DNA of 64,000 nt from contig OX597815.1 in NCBI GenBank assembly GCA_951406725.2, positions 139,686,001-139,750,000 on the forward strand, written 5' to 3'. Origin of the DNA: Octopus vulgaris. Taxonomy: Eukaryota. A program made the translations under genes and the position numbers. The notes under the pieces were generated by a model, which saw nothing but the letters and a program-made list of their open reading frames with translations, made no database searches and had not been told where the DNA came from. Below are positions 12,376 to 24,885 of this stretch, one piece after another. Position 1 is the stretch's first letter; each line of letters opens with the position of its first letter.

Positions 12376-15300
12376 GAATTCTTCCAGAGATTGCGTGCAC
12401 CGCCACATTACACACACACACTCACTCACAATGCAGCTATTTAACTAAACTAGTGAAAGAGACCCAACTTAATACAATAGTGTCATCTTCAGTTTTTATC
12501 TGTCTGTCTGTCAGTTCTGGATCTGGCTCAAGAGAAAGGGTGGACTTAGTGGGAGGGAAATTAACAAGAGTAATGAAATAAAACCATTCATTTTGAAACT
12601 GCTTAATAAATGGTAAAACTCTTTAAAGTAACAACAGCTCCCTGATAAAGAGATATCAATTGGCACAGCCGAATCAAAATCAATTTTCAGTAACCTCATT
12701 TGGTTACCAAATTCTTTGAAGGGCCTTTATTCTTAATTGGATGAACAAATTTTCAAGATGAAAGATTAGCTAAGTTCACGAAAAGAACTGAACTCAAAGA
12801 AAAACCAGGGAGAATGATTATCTGGTCCACAGGTAATCTTACGGAGCAGCAGCATCACAGTTTAAAATATAGCCGCTTTGGCACTTTATATACAGTTCGG
12901 ATATATCTACAAGAATATTCTGTCTTCAAAGATTTAAAATAAAATAGATGATGAAATTTGCAAATGAAACACCACTTCTCAATGAATTTGAAAAATATAA
13001 AAACAAACAAAAAACTAACAAGATGGAATATAGATATGACTTCAAACTATAGGTTGGATCTGTGCCAACTCTCAACTCCATATAGAATTCTATACACAAC
13101 TGAGACATGGTAAAGATCCAGCGGACAGTTCATACAGAAGTACAAGAAAGAAAAATGCAGGGACCTTAAATTTCATGAAAACCAAGTGAACACCTTTGAT
13201 AAGTGGCATTAACATCTTATTACATGTTGCATTAATACTCAGCATAGATGATCAAGTCAAAGGTATGATAGTCCTAGTAGCAGTGAAGATGGCCATTCAA
13301 ACAAACAGTATTGACAAGCTCACAAATTCAAAGAATTTATCCTCTGATTATCCCTGTGTGGTGGTAACACACCAACTGATGTGTTGCCACACACAGCTAT
13401 TAAAGAGAGAAATAACAGGGAAAGGACACTGTAAGACATAGAATAACTTGAGGTAGTGGAAAACTGAAATGATTGTCCAAAGAAACAGCAGCCACTTTTC
13501 TAGGCAACAATTACAAAACTTATGAAGAAATTCCAGAGCTCAGTTGAAAGCATGTTTATTATTAACAGAATCCGGTTTGGGCTGGACTAAGGAAGGACAA
13601 GAGGACAATTGACAGGAAAATATAGTTATCGGAAACTTAAAGGAATGTCATGGTGAAAATTACAGACAGGTAAGAGTCTGGCAGTTTAAAAATAAGCCAA
13701 TGAATTAATTCAATGACAAACCAATCTAGACAGACACCAGGCTCAGAGTTCCAAGAAACGGACAGGCAACAAAAAGGAGATGACACCAAGTGAAGACATA
13801 TGAGAAGTGGTAACAAATAACATATAAGAAGTTACAAAACAACAAGTAAATTGGGAGAAAATGCATCCTAAAATGTGATAAAAACCAACTGATGTATGGC
13901 AGAGGTTTTGTCTACAGTGTTCAAAACCAGACTTGATTTTTTTTTTTTTAATAACAACACAGAGTGCATTCAAGGTAACAGACACATATTAGTGATGGTC
14001 CAGAGAATGTTTAGTTTATCAGGAACTAATTTCTACACAGTCAAACGGGATTCAAAATTTGTTCTAGAAATGGTTGATAGAGCTAAATAATCAGCGCACA
14101 CAAGCTTGGGTAAGAATACTTGGTTGTCTCTTAGAAGGGGGCTCTTAATATAACAAATAAAGAAAATACTAATAAGAGTGAGAAGTAAAACCAGTGATGA
14201 ACAGGTTGCAAACAATGTAAGTTGTCAAAAAAACCAAATAAAATACAAATATCATTGCTGTGATTCCAGACTAATGGGATAAGTGAAAATGAATAGAGTA
14301 CTCTGTCAATAAACCACTTGCCTATTATCAAGAGGTCCCAAGTTCTCTCCTACTTCTCTCCCATATACACACACACACGCACACATACATACGGTACAAA
14401 GATTACCACAAGCCCCAGAGACTGCCAGCATTTTAACCCCTATACTTTACTTTAGGTTGATGTCACTGCAGGCAGAAATATCAAAACTTTGGTGACAATT
14501 CCAGAAATGCTGCAAGGTAACTGGATGTTCAGTTTTATTTTTAATCTCTTTTTTTTTTTACTTTTTTTTTGTGCAAGTCCAGTCATTGACAGACTTGGTT
14601 CAATATCGAAACATCCTGGGTTATTTAAATAAAGCACAATAGTGGAGGTAGAGTTGCCATTGTACAGTAGGTAATAAAGTCATTACTATACTATATAGAT
14701 ATGTATACTAATTATTGATAACGCAAGATAAAATGTCTGGAGAACTAATTTATTTGTTTCAACATACAAATAATAATGGTAGTGGTGGTAGTAGTAGTAA
14801 TAATAATAATGATAATAATAATGGTAATAATAATAATAATAATGGTAATAATAATAAAAACATCCATGGTTTATATGCTTACCAGAAGTATACATATCAA
14901 AACAAATTCAGCATCATTCATTCCATGGGTTGGTGAACTATTAATGTGCAATGATAAGGGAGGGGAGGGAAATTCTTTGGCTATAAGCTAACAGCATTGA
15001 ACAGGAATATTTATGTATGATGAGCCTTAAACCAGTAACCTACAAGACATCATTAGTATAGTTAACACTTAGGTGGTGGCTGCCACATGATAGAAGTTTA
15101 ACAGTTAAAGATTGAGAAAATTGAAATAAATCTTAGTTGGGAGAGGGTGTCACAGTTTCCTAGTATTTTTCAAACAGCTGTCATGAAGGAGAAGTGAAAA
15201 CCCTCATTCTTAATGTCATGTTACTTTATTCTAAAAAAAATATTCCAAGATCTGGCTGTAAAAACTAGAATGAAAGCATCTTTAATGAAGACCAGAGTTT

Positions 15301-17605
15301 GCCCTCTCAATTTACTGGCCACAAAAATATGGATTAGCTACTCTGCCAACAGGAGGGGAAAGGACAGAGAGGGGCAGTGGAAGGGGGGAAAAGGAGGAGG
15401 AGGAGGAGGAAGAGCATAGGAGAACAGGTTGTTATACTAGCTAATATTAAAATAAATTTAACAAAAATATCACTCTTAATGTGTTGCCTATTCCTAGCAA
15501 TGCAACATTAACCACTGAACAGTATTAAAATTAGAGGTGCAGCCAGGTAGTGCCCACACAAGGAGGAGCCAGTAAATTTCTTTAGACTACTCACACTCAG
15601 TAGATATAGAGCTCCTAAACAGGTTAATATTGCCATCTAAAGTAATTTCTGAAATTTTGCAACAAACTTTTTCAACATAAACATCATAGAAATGGTTTTA
15701 ACTTCATTTTTTAATAACTTTCAAATGTAACATAATGTCACATGACCTTTATCAAGCTAGCCAAAGTGTGACCGACAGATGTGTGTGTACATCCTTATTT
15801 AGTGAGAAGACCAGTTCAAAATATGAAGTCACTAATTTAAAGCTGTGGAACTATCTGTTTCTAGTATTGACACCAATAGCTGGATAAACTACATGCTATG
15901 GGCTTGATGGTAAACTATTCTCTTTTCCAAAAACCGGAATGAAAATTGTTTTGTTAAATTGTGAAGACAGAATCACAACTGCTGGTACAGACTGCAGTTC
16001 AACCACATCTCTGAAAACTGGGTGTGTATGTGTGTGTGTATGTATATATAATATATATATATATATATGTATGTATGAGAGAAGAGAGTGGGAGTGAAGA
16101 GAGGTAAGGGAATGATGGTAGGAGTCACCACATTACTCCAGTATCATGTCAGGAGAGTTAAGAGAACATTTAATTCCAAACAAGGATGTACACAATAATC
16201 TGCCACATGTGAAATAGTGACCTCAGAAGTGAGTTACTGTACAATGAAAATAATCACAAAGTCCAACTAGCTGAAGGTTTCACACAAATTCAACAAACTA
16301 TAAGGTGGAACAAAACTGTCTCCCAATAAACACTGCAAACAATTTATCACGGCACTAAAGGGAATCAAATAAGAACATAAAACAAACTACAAACACATCA
16401 AACCATTTTTTTTCCTTTTTTTTTTTTTCTTTTGTACACTACTTCAATACCACAAACAAAACTAGAAAGATTTTGGATTAAAGGTGCCAAATGTGTAAAC
16501 TGTACGAAGATGCACCACTGGGGTATGGAGGGGTTATGTATAATTTCATTTTGACTTTATTACACTTATTTTCTTTTTTGTTTTCTTTTTTCATGGAGGA
16601 GGAGATAAGTTTTTTTTTCCCTTTCTTTCATAATAAAACACAGAGTCACACACATAGTGACAAACCAACAAAATTTTTCGTGTTTTAGTCTTTTGTTTTC
16701 ATGGTGTTTTGTTCCTCTTCTTTACACATTATGCAAACCTCCTCAACAAAATACAGCCTCTTTCAGCCTTACATAATAACCAATACTGTCTCAGAATCTG
16801 TTTCATTTCATACCAGACCAAAGCTCAATTGCTCTTGCTTCTTTCTTTGTTATAAAGGAGAGGGTATGGCAATGACTGTTAGAATATGTACATGGCATAT
16901 AGTAACATGCTCTTGGTAAAATTTTTTTTTTTTTGGTCAACATTTTGGGGGAGTGGGTCATTTTTGTTGTATTTCTTTTATTTGCTTTATTTCCTTTTAT
17001 ATTTTCAAGTATATATTCTATAATTGATCTTGATTGGTGATCAGTAAAATTCCATAGTCCAATAACATATGTAACAAGAAACCCAAGTCAATAGAAACGG
17101 AGCACACACGAACATACTGATAACAATGCAACACTTCAGCAGCAGCAGCAGCAGACAATTGGCTGTACAGTCCAGATGACAAAACCCATCAGCGATGCAC
17201 TGATGGCGTTACCCCAGTGGCACGCCATTCACAAACTACGTAGAAAGTTTCTCTTTTTTTTTTTGATAATTTTTATCAATTTTTTTTTTTAAAGAATCTT
17301 AGAAATATCTGTGATATATATATTCACATACACATAGAACACACATATATGTGTATATATATACATATACACCCACAGATACAAGCAAACACATACACAC
17401 ACATGCGGTACATATGCATGTGTGTAAATGTGCTGATATATATATATATATAGATAGATATTAACACACATTTATATATTCTTTTTTTTAAAACTCAGCG
17501 AAGAACTTGAGATGCCGCTGACACTTAGGACATCAAACGTGACAGGCAGAGGAGACAACGAAGGACGTCACGTGAACATGGGAAGGACGTCACGCCACGT
17601 GCGAT
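12350..17605 (-). other. Probable terminal non-coding 3'UTR exon of CELF1/2 (~5.2 kb)
   Basis: Starts at the strong acceptor (17606); U/UG-rich on the minus strand; ends near AATAAA at 12375-12370 with a GU-rich downstream element. The 3' end is approximate. Confidence 0.5.
14771..14855. repeat. (TAA/TAG/TGG)n compound microsatellite
   Basis: Directly visible; source of the poly-N, -Y and -I ORFs. Confidence 0.9.
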
Positions 17606-19385
17606 CTACAGAGAAGAGAAGCAAAGGGTCAAATTAAATGGTATTGCTAGTGCTCGAAAAAGGCAATCTGGCGCCTTGGCATATTTATATTTATCTCAAG
17701 CCTAATTTTCTTTTTTTTTTTTTAAATAAGAAAGAAAAAAACTAAAAAAAATATACACACATAAATATATAAAGAAATATATACATATGTATGTATCTAT
17801 GTGTAAAACTGCTTCTACTGGATGAGTGGTGTTACCGTATGAAAATATTAAGATATTTAGAGCTAATCCTACAATTAACACATTGACCATCTACCTATTC
17901 CAGGTGGTGATTGAAATTTTATAGCCATAAAATGGCAGTTTTTACATTAAACTGAAAATTATCTTAATGGATATAGTTCTAGCAAGAATATTAAGATTTA
18001 ATTTAAATTACTGAGATGACAGTCAATAATTGATATTAAAATCCACAACAAAAACTAACTGCACATGTATGTTGAAGATGACTTTTCTTAAATCTCAAAA
18101 ATCCATCCAGGGACATCCCTCATCCAGTTTGCTAATCCTATTATCATATAAGGCAGAGCAGAAACAAAATTCACATGCTATAGATATAGAGTAGACAGCT
18201 AAATGCAAACATTTGCTTAATATAACATTGTCCAATGTCAAAGCGATAACTAGAATTTCCAGTGATAGCACATTTAGCCTGGGACATCAGGCGTGTGTGT
18301 AAGTGCTATCTGTTCAGATATGACAGCTAGGTGCAGTTATTGATATAATGCAAAGAATATTTTTGCTATAAATGTTAAGAAATGAGAAAAGGGGAAAGTC
18401 ACTCTATAATGCAATGTGAATAAAGTTTCTGCTATTTAAAATAAAAAGAAATAAAAATATATACAAATTATACAAGTTAATGGGATAAAACTGAAAAAAA
18501 ATTCTGAGTGTTCTGCATTTGCTAAAGGCAAGCAACATAAGTTGGTAAAGTGCTGTAATCTAAGAAATAGAATAGATGGAGTGAAGATTACCAAAAGTCA
18601 ACCATATTGTTGTTGTTGTTGCTGACCCAACCCACTTGACAACAGAAGAAAAATATGTAAACCAAGGATGTAATCCAAGCAAGATTTAAAGTCCCTCGTT
18701 CAGTAAATAAGCCATAAAATAGTTAATGTTCGAACATATAAAGCTAACAGTGATAAATGGTGATAGCAGTAGTAATAGTAGTGTAAGTGGTAGTCTGCTG
18801 CCATTATAAATGGCAAGAAGCAGAGTTAACATCGAAATGCAGTAAATCAGCAAAGTGGATGTCGAGTAGTGTGTGTGTGTGTGTGTATATATGTATGTAT
18901 ATATATTTATATATATATATAGTTAATCACTGTTACCTTTATATTAGTACAAGCATGCAAGTGGTGCAGGAACTAACAAGCTAACAACGAGCAGAGCACA
19001 AGTAAATCGTTACCTGCACACAATAGAAATAAAAGGAAAAAAATATGGACTGAAATCAATACACATCCATCACCTAAAAATAGGGGCTAGATTTTGTGGG
19101 AAGATCATGGTGTAAGGAAAATAAAGATGCATTACCTAGAGAGGAAAGGAGGACACTGAGTACCTTTTGCAAAATAAATTGCTTAGTGAAAGAGGAACTC
19201 TAGAGGACAACTTCAGATATTTCAACTATATACATGCAGTTGTCACCATCATTTCAGCTGCTCTCCTATATGGTGCTCTATATTGCACATAATCACATAC
19301 TGTGCATGCAGGCATTATATTGCACATAATCACATACTGTGCATGTGTGTATGTGTGTTGCCAAGTACTTAGGGAGTGGCTGGGA

Positions 19386-19387
<2 letters not shown>

Positions 19388-19426
<39 letters not shown>

Positions 19427-19427
19427 C

Positions 19428-19470
<43 letters not shown>

Positions 19471-19510
19471 CATGTGTATATATATGTATAAATTATATAT
19501 AAATATATAG
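19388..19510. repeat. (TA)n compound microsatellite
   Basis: Directly visible; similar tracts at 668-800, 1049-1180, 22449-22670, 42520-42734 and 54704-54746. Confidence 0.95.
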
Positions 19511-22442
19511 AACAAACACACACAAGAGATGCTTTAAGAGTAAGTAATCATATATTTACAGTTTCAAGTCATATGCAAATAGTCTCGGTATTTTGTTTTA
19601 AAAAAGCTGCTGGAATGTCCGTCATTAAGGCAGCATAACCAGAGACTTAATAAGACAATTCTTTGGCAGAATCGGGAAAATATAAAGTTAGGTAGCAATA
19701 CGGGTTTTTCCTAATGCAAGCAAGAGGAAAGAAAGAGAAGGACAACTATAATGCATTTAGAGATGTTAGGAAGAAGAGGAGGAGGAAGAGCAGCAGAGTG
19801 TGAAGAAGCAAAGACATGCAAAACACTCAGTCAATGTTACACTAATGCACTATCAAGTGAGAAAAATAAATAAATAGATAAATAAATAAATAAATAAATG
19901 GCCAGCAGGAAGAAGTAACGGATTTGGAATACCAAAGGTTGGGAAGTTGCTAGTGGTTAAAGCAGAAGAACTGGGTTGGGAATGAGGGGTGGGGGGAGTC
20001 AATCAAAGGGTATTGTGCAGGCAAACAACAACAACAACAACATCAATAACATAGATGACAAATTGGTACAGAAAATACAACATGTAAAAATAGGTTTGAG
20101 GAGGGAGAGGCAGGGCGGAGTGGCTGCTGAAGAAATCAAAATGGAAAGCATTACAACAACATTAACAACAAGAAAACATTAACGTGAACAAGTGCGGCAA
20201 AACAAAGAACAATTATGGATGAGTTGTTATCCAACAGAATACATATATATATATATATATACATAGAGAGAGACTACAGAGTAGAACAACAACAATAACA
20301 ACAACAATAACAACAAAATAGGGACAAGTTCAAAAGTTTATGAAAAGACATTAACATTAAATAGAACAATACACAGAGCCAGTCAAACATTGTCTGCTAC
20401 AGAAATATGATGTAAATATCCTTGACTATTTCACTATACATGTGTGTGCATAAACACACACTTTCACACACACACGTGTGTGTGCGTATACATACATACA
20501 TACATACATATGGTTTTACGATACATAACAAGTAAACACTATGTGTATATGTAATCTAAATATCATTTTTTTTTAACTTTTTAATGCTCAGAAATAGACC
20601 CAAGCAAATAGATTCTGAAAAATTTTCTTAACTTTTTCTTGCCCACTTTCGAAAAACATGAATTCAATAAAACTAATAATGTATGTGTCCGTGCGTGCGT
20701 GCATGTGTGTGTGTGTGTCAAAAAATCCAAGAGCAAATGCGTTAATTATCGATTTGTTTTCCTAATTTAATCTAAAGTAGAAATTGTATTTTACAAGAAG
20801 TGTGATGTAGCTATATGAGTGACTGTCAGGTCAGACAAGCCATATAAAACAATTTATACAAGAGCGAAAAGTAAGACAAACAGACAGATTCCAGATAAAA
20901 CAGAGACTCATTCACATTTTACCTTTCATTCTGTTCATGTTTTGTTTGATTCAGACATAAAATAGCCATCAGGTCTACAAGAGACAGTCTCCTAAACATA
21001 TAGCATTTAATATGGTCACAGTCTCAAAAACTTTATATATAGGAATAACCCAAACGGTAAAAATGTAGAAATATATTTTTATTTAGCTATTATTTAGCAG
21101 TTTGTAAATATATTACAGTGTGAAGATGTCATGGTATGATTTCCATGGCATCATACAGGATGGAAACAATAACGAAAAAAAAAATATCTGAAAGAAGGAG
21201 GATCAGTGGTTGTTACATAAACTGATAGTGGTGATGATGATGATGTAACTGGTCTGGAAAAATGAAAAACTTTGCTCTGCTTGCATTTGATGGCTGCTTT
21301 CCCACCTTTAACAGTAGCAAGGGAGTGTGAAAAGTAATAATGTTAATAGTATACAGATTGTGTAGTGAACTGATAAATAGTATAAAAAGATTTCAAAAGG
21401 AGGTGGTGTTTTGAGTGCCATTCAGCTGTCATGATGGATGTACCTGTGTGAGTGTGTATGCACACACTTACGTACAGAGAACAGGAGATTGACAATTCAA
21501 AAAGTGAAACATTTACAAACACAGGTACAGAGAGAAGGTTACTTTCTTTACTTCCACAACCACTTAAGTCACTTCACCATACAAAATAAATATATCAACA
21601 GCTCAACATATTGCTATCTTATAAATGAAAAATGTATTTTTTTAATCAGGGACAAATCTTTTTTATGAGAGAAATGCGATAACTAATTAATTCAGAAATA
21701 AAAAGCCTAAAGTTTTTTTAACCTCTCATCTAGGCTGGCGCTCCTTTCTCTAACTGCATCAACAGTTTATACATTAATGAAGTTGGAAACCATAACATGC
21801 AGAGTATGAGTAATATATGTGAATGAATTACAGAAACGGAGAAGGTGAAAGAAAATATGGCTGATGTGATTCATACAAGACATAACGATGTAATCATGGA
21901 GATTTTATTTTCATTTTAAAGTAGCAGGTTAGTATTATGTAGGTTAACCCCACCACCTGGCTATTGAATATCTCCTTTAACAGAGGTCCCTTTGTTGCAA
22001 GCATTCAGGTACCTGATTTTAAGATACTTCTTGTTTCTCTTGCATGAGTCTTGGCAGCCCAAAAAAGGATCAGAGGTACTGCCTATCCTCCTGATTAAGC
22101 ATTCATTAAAATAGAAATTTTTGTATAGCCTTAGGTGAGTCCTGAACCACTAGACCTATAATTAAAGATAATCCAGCGATTATGAGTTCATCATTTTTGC
22201 TTGCAAACAGATCGATGTTAATTTCCTTTTTAAAATAAAATTGTGATTTAAGCCAGATTTGACTGCATAGCTTTCAAATAAACACACAGGATCCTTTCAG
22301 TGGCTTAGGAGCTGGATGTGTCATACACCAGAGGGAATCATTCCAATATGACCAAATTATTTCTAGCTCTAAAGGAAAGATGAAGTTTAGCAATATTATT
22401 TTACAAAGAAAGTTGCTGGAAGAGTTGACTGCTAGCACACTT

Positions 22443-22479
<37 letters not shown>

Positions 22480-22621
22480 ATTGCACATAATATATTTTTC
22501 TGCACCAAAATATGCTGTGCTTGTTTTATTAGTATCAAATTATCAGATTTCCTAATGAAGGATGCTGAGTGAAAGGGAAGGAAGCCCAACCCATTGGTGT
22601 GGCAGTTCTTAAAAAATAACA

Positions 22622-22666
<45 letters not shown>

Positions 22667-24746
22667 TAATATTCTGTTGGTTTGTTAGAGCCAGACAATA
22701 CACACTAAAAAGTTGCTTTTGAAATGCAGACTTGAAGAAAAACAAATGCTGCCAGTTGAAAATCTGGAAATCATGGAACATTTTTGAAAAACTTATTTTA
22801 ATTAGCTGCTAAAAAATTTTTCGTAAAACTGTTTAATCTATATGAGATTACAGCTTATCATTATCAGAATGGCTGTGAGGTCAACACATTTTCTATTACA
22901 GTAAGAAATCCAAAACACTGGCATCAACCATTGCATTCTGTACAAAAAAGTATTGCTGTTACTCCAAGCTGTCTGGCCAGTAGCTGGTTAACAGTGACAA
23001 CTATAACTGCAAAAATGCTTAATATCCATTGTTATACTAACAATAATTTCACAAGATAATTGATGGAGTGGAGTAGCAAATTCAATCAAATCCCAGTGTG
23101 TGATGTAACAGCAACATCAAAGATGAAAGGTAAAGCTATTCCTGAGGAAACAACTAAATGCTACAGTACTCTAGCAGAGAACTAACACCACAAAGGATCA
23201 TTTAGTCTTATACTTTGACAGCAAACAACTCAATACTACAACAGATCACATAATCTCGAACTCTGTCAGACAAGTCAATAAATAATAGCCTTGCACTCTA
23301 CTAGAACACTTAATGCTACAGCAGGTCACTTTCATCTTACATTCTGCCATTTCAATTACAGTACATAAATAATAATCCCTTTAATGGAGGCCTTAGAAAG
23401 CAGTAAAAATATGTAAACAAACGTATTAATCAAAAGCACAGGACTGTCATACATACACACACACAACAAAGAATATAGCACTGCTGGACACTGCATACAC
23501 AATACATAGAGTACTTTCAATACGATAGAAAATACAAAGCAAAACAAAACAATGCTTGTGCCCAGAGCTGTGCTCAATTGTGTTAGGGAGATATGTAATA
23601 AAAATACAGCTGAATAATAATAAAAATAGTTTCTTCTGCAGGCATAAAGCCTGAAATCTTTTCAGAGAATACAAGTGTGGTAATCATGACATAAACAGCC
23701 ATTAGAAGGTAAATAAATGCTTACTTTTGAAGCAAGGCCACACATTCAAATGGAAGGGTCCATCTGAGTTTTTACTAACATGCAATCAACCAATACATTA
23801 CATTTGTCAGAGAGAAGAACAAACATAAGCAATCTTTGTTCTTAAGTTCTAATAGGAGTGTAGTCCATTAACTCACATTTTCTAATTGAGTGTCTAACTT
23901 CTGTTATGACTAGCACAGGACACCCTCACTGTACACATCACATACAGATGTCCTTAACTAACATGTGCATGATAGCAATGCACACACTGCACTGCATTAT
24001 CACTTGTATCTTACATGTAAGTTACAAGGAGAAAAATCAACCAAAACAATAGCACAAGTGCTTGAACCATTATATAACAAGCTTCTTAAGTACTAATAGT
24101 ATTATCGACACTACTTATGTAAACCGCTGCACCACAGTGATATTATACTTTCTATACAAGTTACCAAAAACTAATCTATACTTTTTACTGTCCTCAATTT
24201 TAATTCCCATATCCAACAAACCTCTATGCATAACTGCCGTTTTACAATAATGCCGTTACTGACAGAGTTTTGACTATGTTTAACCATGTAACAATGCAAT
24301 GGAATAAACTAGTCATCTGATCGTCAAAACATTTGCAATTCCTTCTTTGAGTGAGCTGAGAATTAGACAAGTAAAGCCTTCAATCTGTAAATTCTTTTTA
24401 TTCATGCTTAACTATTCAACAAACACTGCAACAAGCTAGACTGAAATCTTGTTTAAAAGCATTCTCACCAGCAACGATAGAATTGTATGTAATTTGTCAA
24501 TACTTCTCTTTCAACAGTCTCTAAAGCCCACACATCCTGGAATATCTAAATAGTTTTTACTGCCTCTTTAAATTACATCTCATGCAGCAGTTAACATCAC
24601 TGCAACTACTTCAATGATTAAAGTCTTGTTAGCCAACTGACTAATGTTACACAGTATCAAACTATTGCTGAAACATTTCAAGCACACAACATTTGCTTAA
24701 ACACTTTGAAACAACATTATTTCTTCCATAATATTAAAACTATGGT

Positions 24747-24885
24747 TGAGGTCGACTTTGTCTTTCATCCTTTCAGGGAGGAGGGGGTTGATAAATTAAA
24801 TACCAGTTGCATACTGGGGTCAATGTAATTGACTGGCCCCCTCCCCAAAAAAATTTCAGGCCTTGTGCCTAGAGTAGAAAAGAAT
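24747..24885 (+). mobile_element. 5'-truncated SINE (family B) with target-site duplication
   Basis: gaggtcgactttgtctttcatcctttc...; flanked by direct repeat aatattaaaactatggttga (~24730-24750 and ~24883-24902). Confidence 0.75.

Noticed and set aside
13100-13800. Possible LINE relic within the putative UTR
   Set aside because: Composition is suggestive but I could not read a diagnostic motif
19280-19347. 28-nt direct repeat tattgcacataatcacatactgtgcatg x2
   Set aside because: Simple local duplication near a microsatellite with no functional signature
21465-21480. Strong donor-like TAC|gtaagt in the UTR intron
   Set aside because: No convincing upstream acceptor to define an exon
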